The notes under the pieces are model-generated. The model saw only the letters and a program-made list of their open reading frames with translations, made no database searches and was not told where the DNA came from. Shown here one piece after another: positions 1 through 13,255 of a stretch of 64,000 nucleotides of DNA. This DNA is from Cystobasidiomycetes sp. EMM_F5. Its lineage: Eukaryota. Made by a program: the position numbers and the translations under genes. The first letter of the stretch is position 1, and the number at the start of each line of letters is the position of its first letter. The stretch is from contig JBPGPT010000003.1 of NCBI GenBank assembly GCA_051047955.1, forward strand, positions 372,001 to 436,000, in the 5' to 3' direction.

Positions 1-77
1 CGACTGTATATAGGGTGGTGCCAGCTATTTTGATTCAGCCTCCCTCCTTTTCTGGAGATCTCCTGTCTATTCGCAGC

Positions 78-185
78 TGCAGCTGCAGGTTGCCCAACCA
101 GTTGAAGTAGGTTGCCTAATACCAGCTGAAGTAGGAACCCTACTGCTCAACCCTACTTCAGCTAGTCGGGCAACCTGCAGCTGCA
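78..185. repeat. Imperfect 34-bp inverted repeat (MITE-like/foldback remnant)
   Basis: Arm 78-111 TGCAGCTGCAGGTTGCCCAACCAGTTGAAGTAGG matches the reverse complement of 152-185 with 3 transition mismatches; internal copy CCAGCTGAAGTAGG at 122-135. Confidence 0.7.
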
Positions 186-1116
186 TCTAGCTCTCGTCAC
201 TCTTAAAACTGGACCGCAATGATTACATTGCAAATTAGTCTTCGAGGCACGTTCATTCAGTCACCGGTCCCGGTCACTTCGAGACCGCCGCGGCCGCCTT
301 CGTGCGCACCGGTGTCGTGCGGACTCAGCTGTCCTGCAGCTGTCAGCAAGTAAAGTATGTGTGCAGTGTAAATAGGACAGCTGTGTTTACACTTTGCATC
401 ATTTCCCTAGGTGTAAGTTATATAGCAGCTGCGGCCGGCATCAACGCCAAGATTCTGACCGACTCTGACCGACGAGCCTTTCACGTCTACGCCTCACAAG
501 CTTCAAGTGGAGTTGAAGTATCTATGTGTTCGTGCTAGAGTGTGCCAGCATATCCATGTCGTCTTCGCGAAGTATGTACGCTGAAGTTGCCAGAACTTGA
601 AGCCTGCGGAATCAGCAGGCGAGACTTCGCTCGCTGCGAGCAACTTGGACACCGCTACATAGATTCATGCCGCGACACAAAGTCACTTGCGCCGCGGCTG
701 CATCTTCTGATCGCAGTATGATCAAGGGACCTGTCTCGCGAGCCTGTCCCAGCATGTCAAACTTTATTTGTGACTTTAGCCTGTTGCAATTGACTTGGGT
801 TCACGCAGACCGTATCATGCCGTGCTCTTTGCTGATCGAAGAAGGAGCACGATACTACCTGCTGGCGGGCTCTGTTGCGGTGCCATCAGTTCATGGACAT
901 CTGCACAGCTGAGCGTGAGACCCCCTGAGGCCACCCCTAAGATCGATACCTGCAGCGCGCCAGTCGAGACCTGAAGATCCGGACGCGCGTACTTCGGCTT
1001 TGGACGTGCTACACAGTATCTAGCAACCCATCCCCTGCCCCAAGTGTCAGACGTCGGCTCTGCTCGCTCTCGCAGCGCACCTCAAAGCGAGAGCTCGTGG
1101 CCGCCGCCACGACCCT

Positions 1117-2832
1117 ATGCTAGAAGAGACTTCGGTACAACCTGCTCTGTACAATGCATTCCTCCTGACTACGAAGGATGCTCTAGTAGTTTTCGAAGCC
1201 GCGAAGCGCGGTATCACTCCGTTCGTAACGAGAAGACTGCAGGATCGCGAAAAGGCGTCCCTTATTGCGAGCGGGGCAGTCTTCATCTTTGACGAAAAGG
1301 CGACCGGTATCAAACGATGCAAGTAGCGTTACAAGCAAAGGCTCTCCGTCTTCACTGACCTCTGTACGAATCAAGGGACCGATGGAGCCATCTGGAGTCC
1401 GTCGCGAATTGTTGGAAACTATCTGGTGTATCGAGGTTAGCTGGCGGAAACATCACGCTCGACCTTGCCCGTCACTGACATACGCAAGGGTGCTCCTATA
1501 CTTACACTAGAGCTTGACAAGAAGGGTACTCTTGAAGCAGATCGACCGGCCGAAATACAGGGTGCTGGCTTTCCTGGCTCCTCTGGCGGGATGTACCAAG
1601 ATGTGGCCAGACACGATATGGGACAGAACAAGATGCTCGACACGATCTCCCAGTCTTCTCTGGGTTCCACGGGCTTACGTAAAGACGTCGAGCGCGCTTT
1701 GATCGGAAGCCTGCATACAGGGTACCGATTCAAGGCGGGTGGCCTCGTGAAGAAGACAATCAGCAACGGCAGCCTTCATATCATGTGAGCCAACCCCTCT
1801 TGTGGCAGCGTCGACGCGTGCAGCTGATATAGAGCGGATGCGACTACAGATCGTACTATGTGAGCCGTATAATGCCAGCGATCCACCCGCTGTCTTGTTT
1901 GGTCTATGCGTAACTTACTCATACTTACTTAGACCATTGAAGACGTGAAGGCTGGCCGACTTAGAACGCCGTCCAGCCTGAATGAGCTGGTGAGCCTGGA
2001 GATTTCGCCTTCTCTACTGGAGCCTAAGCATTTCAGAACACCACCTGTATCGGAACAAGGTAGCATGCCGCTTAACGTGATTTGTACCGCTTCAGCTGAA
2101 GATTTTGGTCGCGGTTGATACACAGACACCGGCGATCTCATAAGGTACATCAAATCGGATGAACACCTTTTCCCTCACCCAGATCGTTATGGGTCGGCAG
2201 GGTGGCCTGCCCAGACTGATTCTGGGCCCTCGGAGCCTCTACCGCTCCATAACGACGGGATCTGGAGACAACCATCAGGCTTGACGTATGCTGCACATCC
2301 TCGGTCCAGGAGCAGCTCCGCTATTTCCACAGCACCCTCTCCGTTCCCTTACGAGCAAGAATTGCCACCTCAGCCCCAGTACATGCAATATCCATCCGAT
2401 AATTCGCTTATTCCATTGAGACGGATACCGAGGCTTGAAGCAGACACATCTTATACAGACCCACATTGGATAGGCGCACGACCTGTAGAAATACCACATT
2501 CTACACAGCAACAGTATACCGTCGCCGATATCAACCACATGCCCTCATCAGCACCGCCTCAGCTACGTGTACATCACGCTGCATCTTTTCCTACATTAGC
2601 CCAATATGTGCAATCACCTGCATCGTCTTCAGGGCTGAGAGCGCAACCACAAGGACTCCAACGTAGAGCAAGTGATTACTCGTATTCGCATGAACACGAT
2701 CGACGCATGCAAGAAGCGCAGCCCTCCTATGCATTGCCGTCATTAACGTCTCATCCATCATATCGGCCACCACCTATTGACATGCCGCAGTATCAGCACG
2801 ACTTTATCCCATATGTCCATCACAAGCAGTGA
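1117..2832 (+). CDS. Gti1/Pac2 (WOPR) family transcription factor, multi-exon
   Basis: DALVVFEAAKRG...RRLQDREK...SGAVFIFDEKATGIKRWTDGAIWSPSRIVGNYLVYR and GGLVKKTIS motifs; first intron is GC-AG (1319-1375); Pro/Gln/Ser-rich C-terminus. Confidence 0.9.
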
Positions 2833-3771
2833 CGTTCCCCCATTTGGTAAAACCAGACCATGCATTGGAAGCATTCGAAGTTTCCCCAAGTCAAAGCAGG
2901 CTGTTTCGCAATTGGTAATCAATAGTATCATAAGCATTCGTTGGTATAGGTGTTACGTCCCGTTGTCCACATGAGTACATGCGTATGTTAGTCTCGAAAT
3001 GCATCGGTAGCCGAAGTGAGCGTCGTTCCGAACTACTACACTGTACCGTTGGATTTCCACCGACTACTTTTCAACCGACCGCCAACGATGATGACCACTC
3101 CATACTAAGCTGATTTGTAAAACCTGATCGCATTCGTCTCTCGGCAGCGTGCCCATAGTCTTGGGCGTCGAATGTATTCCCTTGTCAGCTTCGTACATCT
3201 TTGAACACCGTGACCGCGACGCGTCGGACGACTGCGTAAGATTGGCTTAAGTACAGGCTTGTTTGGCGATTACGCGCCATTCACGGCGCATCCACACCAC
3301 GAATCCACCGCTCTTCATGGTAGATAGTGACGAAGCCCATCTACCGTGATCTTCGGTCAGATCGCCACGGGAAAACATGGCTAGACAAGGTACTCCGGTA
3401 CTGTCTTGGCACGCACGAGCACCTATAGCATGTCTAAGTCTCCTCTGCCGCTGCGTACAATAGTGGCACTCGACCCATTGATGGACGGCAACATCGCCCT
3501 CTCGTATGGGCGATGTATGTCGTCCAGCAAGCGCTCTGCAGGTGACAGTATGGGCCTGTCGTGTGGGCCTCGTTGCCTTCACTCACTCTTAAATTGCCAA
3601 ATTTCTAGGCCATGTTGAGCGTTCAAGCCTTTTGCCGCTTGGTAGCTATAGTTGCTGTGGTCATCGGATTCTTAGCTTCTTCAAGCACCGCGGCGAGTCA
3701 GTACTATCGCACTTCTGCTAGAGTCTCGCATTACTGACTATCCCGGCTTTTCAGCTATAATAGATACGCAC

Positions 3772-4210
3772 ATGACGCGAGGCATACCTTCTAGACATGC
3801 AGGCGGCGTGCTCGCGATACGAGGTGCATCTACTGCTGGCACATCGACTGGCGTTGCCTCTGGCACCTCGTCGACACTTGCGGCAAGCTCAACGCAGTCA
3901 GGCAAAACTAACGGGACATGCCAATGGACGGAGGTCATCGGCACTACAAACGTAACGCCTCTGGTGTAAGGCTGTAATGTCTGCTGGTGATACCTTCAGC
4001 TGACTAGTCCGTTCTCACATAGCATCACTATCGGACTTACTGTTGGCACGTTTGGTGGTATATTGGTCAGTGTTCCTGCCGCTGACAGACTGTATCCAGT
4101 ATGTAGATACTAACGAAGACGCCTTGGATCCGCAGATAGCGATGTTTTCGTTCTACCAGGTTGGCTTGAATAGCAAGACCGGCTATGCTGGTGGTGCACC
4201 GATGTACTGA
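3772..4210 (+). CDS. Small single-pass membrane protein (103 aa), paralog A
   Basis: Exons 3772-3965, 4023-4065, 4136-4210 with GT-AG introns give ...CQWTEVIGTTNVTPLVITIGLTVGTFGGILIAMFSFYQVGLNSKTGYAGGAPMY*; similar to the next gene. Confidence 0.75.
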
Positions 4211-4740
4211 AGCGGCTGACAATCCGACATGCTGCTAAAGCGCGATACAGCTTGTACGGGGATAAGTTCGCAAAGATGACGACAATTACGCGACCTTCGT
4301 TGTTTCCACGTTTACGATAGCAACTATGATTTACAAGATGCGTACTGCATTAGAGAAACTTCTTTCGTCCAAGCCGGTCAGCAACCGTTCTTTCCCTTTG
4401 ACATAGATCGCCACCCCAGCTGGCCGCTTGCTCAGACATTGCCTTGTTGCCATCATCCCTCAATAGCTTCTTACTAAAGCAGATCACCATTCGGCGACCC
4501 CTTGCGATACCGCCGACGACCGCCCACAATCATTGAAAGCTCGATAGCGCTTGAAGCCGCTGAAGCCGCTGGCCCTGTAGAGGGTAATTGAAGTTAAAGT
4601 AAGTATGCTCATATCTACGCAGTGCAAGACAATCGTCGCAATGCTGCTGACAGTGGCGGTCGTTCACGGTGAAGTATTTCTTTCACGAGTACACCACGCT
4701 CGCATAACTGATCTTTCGTTGAACATCGTACGCAGCTGAA

Positions 4741-5179
4741 ATGGCAGCTCCGGCAACCTTTCCCCGTCTAGACACTCGCGCAAAGGCAAAGCCCGCGCAA
4801 AATACCACGATATGCAAGTGGTCATCCGAGATACGGGGGAGTAAGACAACCCCGCTTGTGTGAGTGCGATTGTGGCCGACTGTGGTGACGAGTTGACGTG
4901 CGAACAACTTCCACTACCCACACATGAATGGAACAGCATGACGATTGGCCTTTCAGTCGGAAGCTTGGCCGGTATCATCGTGCGTACCGTTACGCATTTC
5001 CGCGCATCGAAACTGACGAGCTGGTGGCATTTGCTTTGATCAAAGGTTGCCTCCTTCACATTCTATCAGGTAGTGTCTTGCTGTCAACACAAGCGTCCAT
5101 ACGCTTACGAACTTGTCAGGTCGGCGTCAATTCTCGAATGCATGGCGGAGGAGGTGGCATGGGGATGGGCATGTATTGA
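4741..5179 (+). CDS. Small single-pass membrane protein (81 aa), paralog B
   Basis: Exons 4741-4859, 4937-4979, 5046-5069, 5120-5179 give ...CKWSSEIRGSKTTPLVMTIGLSVGSLAGIIVASFTFYQVGVNSRMHGGGGGMGMGMY*. Confidence 0.75.
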
Positions 5180-5832
5180 ACGCCTCGTGATATGTAATTC
5201 GGCAGCGTGTATCGATACATCACCTTCAAACACCTTACGCGTTGAAATGATTGCAATCCTACGATGCAAGAGGCTTGATCAGTTCAAGTGTACGCGAAGG
5301 CTCGTTGCACCGCTTTTAAAAACCTAGGTATGGGTAGAGAGTGTTTGCGTGCTTGAGTCAGTCAGTTATAAGCTGGTGCTCCATTGTCTTGCGTGACAGC
5401 TTGTGATAATATGCAAAAGCAAGTTACCTAGCGAAGTCTTCCTGCGATTGGTCAGAGGTTCCGCCTTTCTCAGTTAATGCATGTTTGGCGCAAGAACGCA
5501 GGATTGCGTACCGGGAGGATGTCAGTATCCGTAATCTATTCTGTCAAGCGCGCCAGACCATGGTGGGACTATAGTTTGGACCTAGAAAGCACTCTGTACG
5601 ATGTGACCGTATGAGGCTGCACGAATACTCGAGTCAGTCGCAGTAGCAGTATCAGATTGCCAGAGATATGTAATGTTAGTCCTGGCGCTCTACTTCCTGC
5701 TGTGTTGCGGGATCCTGGATGCCTAGTACGTAGAAGGTACTCTGTCTCTCGGAGACCAACCAGCGACAATTCACCTGAATTCAACCAAGAAATATTCTGC
5801 CTATTCTGCGCATATAGCCATAGCAGCACATT

Positions 5833-7518
5833 ATGTCAAACGTGAGTATGCGTTCACAACCTCAGTCAGCCATATACATCAAGCCTGGCGGAAAGGGCTG
5901 GCTATGAGTGCCTGGCGACACTTGGCCAGAATGCAGCATCTCTGGCGCGACCGCTCAGTGACGACACCAATGCTAGGACAGTGCTTGCGAGGGTGCTTCG
6001 GCTGAAGCTGCTCTTCGAGTCGAGTCCCAGTCCTGTCTATACACTCAGTGTTAGCGGGGTTTGCGACTGGCGTGATGAGCAGGTTCAGCCGCATGGCAAG
6101 AGACTGCCCGGACCTTGATGTCCCACTCTGCGACTTTCTTGCACACTGTCTCAGCGTATTGGAGGTCCGCAGCCGTCTTGGGCAAGAGACTGCGTTCCAG
6201 CCCGAAAATGCGACCTGCCGTCAAATAGATGTAGTACCCGCACTGACAGGTATTGCTGTGTATTTAGGAGCGTGAGACAGATGTCTACATGGCAAAGGTA
6301 TGAATAATGCTTCAAGAGTCAGAACGAAGCTAACATTACGTGTCTCAACAGTTGGCCGAGCAGGCAGAGCGCTACGATGAGATGGTGCGGACTACGGCCG
6401 TTTCTGCACACCACTGCGTGCTGACATCCATTTCGGAGCATAGGTAACATACATGAAGAATGTGGCCAAGGTCGGGGAGCCCTACCGAAGAGCCAATACA
6501 GCACAATTCTGATTTTTGCTTATATAGCTTGGTGTTGAGCTGTCCGTCGAGGAGCGCAACTTGCTCTCTGTGGCATACAAGAATGTACGGTTGAATCCTG
6601 CTGAAGCTCGAGTACGGCAACTGACCTTGGACTGGCAGGTTATCGGTGCTCGTAGGGCTTCTTGGAGAATCATTTCTTCCATTGAGCAGAAAGAGGAGTC
6701 CAAGAGCAACACTCCCCAAGTCGAGAAGATCAAGACCTATCGCAATAAGGTCGAGACCGAACTCGCAGACGTCTGCAACGATATTTTGAAGGTTCTGGAC
6801 GAGCATTTGATTCCATCTGCTGTTGCTGGAGAGAGCAAGGTATTCTACCACAAGATGTACGTTTCGACTAGCTTGTATATCACGGCGCAAGGTTCTGACT
6901 CTTTCGAAATGCTGTTCTTTTCCATAGGAAAGGTGATTATCACCGATACCTCGCGGAGTTTGCATCGGGGGAAACCAGGAAATGTGAGTGTAGTCACGCA
7001 GACTTGCAGCAAGTACATGCTCAGATCAGACATGCCACGATCAGCTGCCTCGGAAGCTGCTCACGAGTCGTACAAGCAAGCCACCGAAATCGCACAAACA
7101 GACCTAGCTCCGACGCACCCTATCCGCCTTGGTCTTGCATTGAACTTCAGTGTCTTCTATTACGAGATCTTGTGCGTGATATGCATTACTGGTCCACTTG
7201 TTGTACGGTGTCAGCTGACATAGATGAGTCGAGCAGGAACTCGCCCGACCGGGCATGCCACCTGGCCAAGCAAGCGTTCGACGATGCTATCGCTGAGCTT
7301 GACACTTTGTCCGAGGAGAGCTACAAGGACTCTACAGTGAGATGATAGCGAGATTTCCTAGACTTGCGGACTGACCAGTCGCACTATCGCAGCTCATCAT
7401 GCAATTGCTGCGTGACAATCTTACTCTCTGGACTAGCGACATTCAAGACGCTGCGCCAGTAGAAGAGAAGGCACATGATGATGCCAAGCCGGAAGAGTCG
7501 GAGTCTGTTGCCTCATAA
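5833..7518 (+). CDS. 14-3-3 protein
   Basis: [98 protein letters not shown]; many short exons. Confidence 0.97.
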
Positions 7519-7927
7519 ATATCGAACTCCTTGCAGGCGCATAACCTGTGTGTCATCGATAGCGAGACTCTCGCCTTACAGACGGATTTCACTACCTATA
7601 GCGGACGCGCGCACAATCTTGCTCCTTCATCTTCTTTTCTGAGAATGGTGTGCTACTGTCATCCTTTTCTCCTTTGTGCCTGGCCTCTTTGTCATTAGCG
7701 CAACTCTTCCCGTTTAGACGGTCCTTCCCCATATCTCATGTAGTGTATCTGTGAAGAACGTTTACCCTACTACCAATGCAAGTTATTTTCGAGGTTCCTC
7801 CGGATGTGATTTGACCGATACCCCAGCTTCAAAGTGGGGATCATAGTAATGCTTGGATCTGGAACAAATGGCAATAACGAAAGGCGCAGCGACCACCTTA
7901 GCAATCCCACGAGTCCGACAATGAATC

Positions 7928-9758
7928 ATGGCTTCGGATGGCGCTTCGAACAGTGAAGACGCGCTGAATGTCAAGGACCAAACAATGTTCAGCCAGGCAG
8001 CGAGCAGTTCGTCGACTTCGACAGCTGAACGAGATCCTTCAGATGAGGCCATTGCAACGGAGACAGTTCTAGAGCTCAAGTACAAATGGTCGGGAGTTTT
8101 AGTGAGTCGCGCGAACTCGGTAGATGCGATTTGTTGAACCATCTCATTCACGTTTGCAGTACGAGATCAGCAGTATGTATCACCCAATATTGCACTCGTA
8201 TGAAAAGCACAGCTGAAGGCGCGTTCATGCATCCAACACCCATCCATTCATACGTTGTCCATGCACCCCCTTAGTCGCGGTAACTGACACCGTTGGCGAT
8301 CTCAAAGCGCTCGTATACTCTCAAACTACAGTCCCTCCGGAACGCCAGAAGATTCTAGGCCTGACGAAGGGCAAATTGTTGTCAGATGAAGCAGCTATAA
8401 ATGAGCTGCAGCTTCTGGAACGAGGTCGGAAGGAATTCACAGTTCTGGGTGCCGACTCTGCAATGCTTAGGTGCACATCGCGCGCTTACTGAGGCCGACT
8501 CCTAGGCACTCCACTCGGTAAGGAATTCCAAATGAAGCTCTTGGCTGGTCCATCGGATACTGTGGATGAGCAGGTAAATGTGCTAGCGACACGAGCTACG
8601 TGGCCATCCTCACCATGGTCACAACATCTAAAAAAGAGTTGCAGGATGTTGAGCCCGCTCAAGCGATGTGCATGGATGATGCCAACATGCGCAAGCGTAA
8701 CGCTCGCAAATTAAAAGAAGCCTGCGACAAGCTGCAGCTGAACGTAATGAACGAGCCGCGTCCTGGGAAGAAGCTACTCGTGCTTGACCTGGATTACACA
8801 ATACTCGTGAGTGTGCCATAGTACAATCTTGGTGATGCCTGGGTATTGACCACGCGCTATGCTCATATTAGGACAGTAAAGAGTCTGCTTTTTCTTGCAT
8901 GAACAGAGCCTAATGATCGAGTAGCGCAGGCATGGCAAAGTCAAAGCTTTCATGCTATTGATTATCAGAGACCTGTAAGTTGTTCACGGGTAGGACATTC
9001 GGTAAACTGAGCTGAAATGCGATTGACAGGGTCTGCACCAATTTTTGGAAGATGTGTACCCGTACTGTAAGCTTATGGTCGCGAAATGCAATCAGTAATG
9101 ACTGAGTCCCAATACAGATGATATAGTCATCTGGAGCCAGACTTCGTGGATGTGGCTCGAAAGCAAACTCGTCGAGCTTGGCATGTTAGGCGATGACACA
9201 AGAGGCTACAGAATCTCCTTTGGTGTGTATACTGGCCATTGTTATGCAAAACCGCTCCGCTGATATATGCAATACCAACTAGTCCTTGATCGAAGACCAA
9301 TGTTCTCTGTGTACTCGGTTCGCAGGGGTAAACCGTTCAAACATGAAGTAAAAGCTTTGCAAATTATTTGGAACAAGGTAAGCAGGACCAGACCATGCTG
9401 CAGGGACCCTACTGACTGTGCGCAGTTCCCTCGCCAGTATAACAAAGACAATTCAGTCCACATCGATGATCTGGGGCGTAATTTTGTATTGAAGTGTGTG
9501 ATCAAAACAAACTCCTGCGTAGCAAAGCTGAGTCAAGAACAGTCCGCAGCAAGGTCTGAAAATCAGTGCATATCGTGATGCATCGAGCAACCGGCATACA
9601 GATCAGGAGCTGCCCGCTTTAGCAAGGTCCGGTAGCTTTATGCGTGGGTATGTAAGCAGCTAACGAATTGTGGTTGTAGGTATCTCGTTTCGATAGGCGA
9701 TCTACCTTCCCTGTCACATTTGGATCACAATAAATGGAAGGAACATACGTCAAACTAA
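7928..9758 (+). CDS. UBLCP1: Ubiquitin-like domain-containing CTD phosphatase (HAD family)
   Basis: N-terminal UBL (TVGDLKALVYSQTTVPPERQKILGL), PRPGKKLLVLDLDYT HAD motif, IVIWSQTSWMWLESKLVELGM, VHIDDLGRNF. Confidence 0.88.
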
Positions 9759-9832
9759 GTTATCTGTAATCGTCGTGCTGCTACGCTCGCGATCTCAAGC
9801 ACGTCGCGAGATTCACACCAGATCAAGACAGT

Positions 9833-10805
9833 CTACGGCAAGATGTCCGTCTCTGTGACGTCGCATACGCGTGGCATCGGAACTGTGGTGCTTTCTTTTG
9901 TCTCCTGAAGAGCTGCCAGGCATAATTCAATGGCTTTCTGACACCCTTCAACTTCATCGGCAGTCATACCCGCTCGCAAACACCCGCGGAGATGCCATAA
10001 GACTTCGCGGTGAGCGTGACGCGCCATCAAACAAGTCAGAACGACGATCTCTGTCTCCGCAAACGTAAGCGCAGCTCGCGGGAATTCTGGTCGAGTAATT
10101 GCCAACAATTGGCCGTATGTGACTGCTGGTCCCAGCCATTCTGAGTGTGCAATAAGCTCAGATGGCGGTAGTAGTGAGACGAAATACTCACGAATGTCGT
10201 AAAGGCCATAGTGCTTAAACCTGTCCTGTATTGGTTTGTTGTTCTGCTTGTATACTCGATCCAACCCAAAAATACCTCTTTCCATGGCTTCTCCATCCTT
10301 GTCGAAGTCAGCGCGAACAAAGATGTCTTCCTAGACACGGTTGAAACTCGTTCATCTTGCTCTGATGGGCGAAGGGCATGATTCGTATTGCGGAGACTCA
10401 CTTTGTCCCCTTCCGGCAAACTCGACGCAAGAGCAAAGCTGGCTTCAATGCAATGCCCAACGCCGACGAGAATGGTTGACTTGACGAGCGTTTCCTTGAT
10501 TTGACGGACTATGCGTCTTCGTGGCAGATCGTCAACCCAATTATCAATGTCGGGTTGCCGACTGGGCGGAAATTGTAGAGTAGACACTGCAGTCTTGTAA
10601 ATCTCGGGTACCCATTGTCCTCCTTGTCCGCTGGCTGCCGCAGCTGCAGTCTTTCGCGTTGGAATCTGGCGTCAGGCACTTCACTGGCCAGCACGTAATA
10701 AAAGTCGCGCACGCAGATCAAAGAATAAGTATGCTTGAAGCGTGCCGAAAGGCAGTTCTGCATACGAGGAACCAGTGTCGCGATGACTGCTGACATGTTT
10801 GCCAT
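9833..10805 (-). CDS. AhpD-like / carboxymuconolactone decarboxylase-like protein
   Basis: RQIKETLVKSTILVGV and ETEIVVLTCLMARHAHREVLWHLRGCLRAGMTADEV segments typical of fungal AhpD-like proteins; start approximate. Confidence 0.6.
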
Positions 10806-10970
10806 GGATTGTCGCAATTTATACCGAGTGTACCGTGGCTGCCGCAAGGTGCAAGATGCGCGCTCTATACGATACGACAGCAACCATGTACATTCGCGAG
10901 CGTGAATGAATTGTGTGAGACGGATTGTTGCCTCTACAATTGATTCGTCCGTACTAGCAATCCATTCTAG

Positions 10971-12605
10971 TCAACGGTAACGAACCTGCATCACAGTGCG
11001 ATCCACGCCCTTACCCCCGTGCCAAACGTTTTCCACCGTTGCTCCCATCTTCTCCGCCAGCGCCCTGAACGCGAATTCTCCGCCTCCCACGCCGAAGTAG
11101 ACTCGCTTGCAGGCGACCAGTGTCATTTGCTGCGCGCCTTGAATCGAAGATCGGTTTGCGGATGATTGCGCAGTCGCTGCCTCTTGCAAGATTCTACATA
11201 GTGGTGGTAGACTTGTCGTCTCGTAGACTGTTTCACTTGTCAAGACGATGTCGTACTGCTGAGACGGCGGAGGAAAGGTCTGCCATGATCCAGCCGAAAA
11301 TTTTAGGCTGATCTTGTGCAACTTTAGGAAATTGAAGAAAGAGTCCACGAACTCAGTTGTCAGCGGAAGTTCGTTGACTTCAGCTTCAGCATCTGCATCC
11401 ATACTATATGTCACATCACCGGAAGGAGCGCGACGTGTGCGCGGCGAAGGCTGTGATGCAGGAAGAGGTGGAATTTCCGCCAGGCTTTCCGTAGGTTTTG
11501 GTGGTGGGCTGGGACTGTCGTTCGCGCTCTCTGCGCGCTCTGCCATACGTTTCGCTTTCCAGTAGGCCAGCAGAACATTGACAAACGTGATGTAGATTAA
11601 TACTGTCGGCACCTTCGATTTAGCATAAGAGTGCGATAATGATGATTATCAATGACAAGCATTGCGAATGATTACCTTCAGCATTATAGTCTTGAAAGTG
11701 TACAAGCGTCTCCACATTTTCGGTCGCGGTTTCTGCAGATGGACTAGCGAGCAGTTTGTGAAACAGCGCCTCGAGCAGGTACACGGTGGGGATCGCAGAA
11801 CCGCATCCAATCTCCAGCACTGTCTTGCCGTGAATGTCCTTGTGACCCGGTCCGTATCCTTGCTCGTGCAAGCAATCCTACGTATTAGACATAAGTGCTC
11901 TTCAGCATCTAGTCGCAGACCGTTTCGTGCAATTACTCTCACGTACAACCAGATCCAGGCTGGCTTCCCAAGTCTTCATACCACCCTCGTACACCCCTTT
12001 GATGAGGTCTGAGGTGGAAGCGGAGAATCCTATGCCTTGAGGTGGACTCTTATTCCTGGGAATCATGTTGCCAAAAGACGATCCCTCATCGTCGGAGTCG
12101 TCTTCCTCGTTGGCGAGCTGAAATCGAGCGTCGAAGAGGTCACGACGGAGCACTGTAATGGTTTCGCCAGTGGGTTCGCCCTGGATCGTGAGCGGAATGT
12201 CCAGTTCAGAGAATGATATCGCTGGAGGCAGATGATCTAGCTGTGTCAGTCGTCAGCGAGCTGCTAATTCTATTTCAGCTATTCAGCGGACCAGTGTGTC
12301 CATGTCGAGTTCTGTGAAAGTGGACGTGTGCTCTGGTGGTTCTTTTGTGCCTATCTGCAAGTCTGATATTTCGGTCTCCAAACCATCCAAAGGCGTCATC
12401 GTCCCGTTAGAACCTACAGGAGTACAACAGGTCAGTTACTCCTCGCGAGATGAGTTGCACGCGTAGCGTACCACTTTCAAGCGCGCCGTTGTCAGCAACG
12501 CCATCGTCATCCGCCGTAATGTTCTATACTAGACTCAATCAGCAGCACTTCATTATATGGTGAAAGTGACCGGGCTAGTCGCACCCAGTCAAATCTGAAC
12601 GCCAT
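10971..12605 (-). CDS. HPM1: Histidine protein methyltransferase (Hpm1/METTL18-like)
   Basis: RRDLFDARFQL, SDLIKGVYEGGMKTWEASLDL, VLEIGCGSAIP, FQDYN, YDIVLTSETVY, LVACKRVYFGVGGG. Confidence 0.88.
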
Positions 12606-12727
12606 GTGCTGTCCATCGGCCGCAGATGCTGTCAGTATGGAAACCAGCGCAGTGTGATTCTCAGCACGGACGGCAAGCGCGATCATTTGTCGTTCCTCTG
12701 CACCGAACAAACTGCCGGACGACAGTC

Positions 12728-13255
12728 ATGGCTGCCTATCTGGACTCTGTGCGGAGCTCTCTCGAAATGTCAATCGTATGTTGCGCTAGTCTCATGGCTG
12801 CCCCGCTGGCTGTCCGTCGGAGCCTGATTTTCTCCACCTGGTTCTAGGATTTCCAAGGGCAACGTCAAGCAGAGACGTATACGCAGATTATTCTCATCGT
12901 ATCGGCTGTAAGCAGTGGGCGTTGGTGCCGCTGACCCTCTCTCAAATATGCCTGACGCGCCGTGCTACTTTTGTACCTATACGCATAGATCATCGCGTTC
13001 CTCGCTGGCTTCGTACTGCAAGATCTGCGAATTACTCTCGGAATCTATGCTGTGGGATTCGTACTAACTCTTGCCGTAAGTCGGTCATGGGTCAAAGGCA
13101 TGCCGATTGTCCTAATGTTCTGGCTCATATTCTCCCCACGCAATGCTATGCGGCTGCAGGTCGTGATACCTCCATGGAGCATGTACAAAAGGCATCCGAT
13201 TGCATGGCTAGCTCCGCAATCTCCTGCGCAAGGCGACAGCAAGAAGACATTGTGA
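12728..13255 (+). CDS. SPC1: Signal peptidase complex subunit Spc1/SPC12
   Basis: Spliced DFQGQRQAETYTQIIL...IIAFLAGFVLQDLRIT...VVIPPWSMYKRHPIAWL. Confidence 0.85.

Noticed and set aside
6072..6250. Box C/D snoRNA in the 14-3-3 intron (GTGATGA at 6072)
   Set aside because: No box D at a suitable distance other than the branch-site CTGAC, and no terminal stem or recognisable guide
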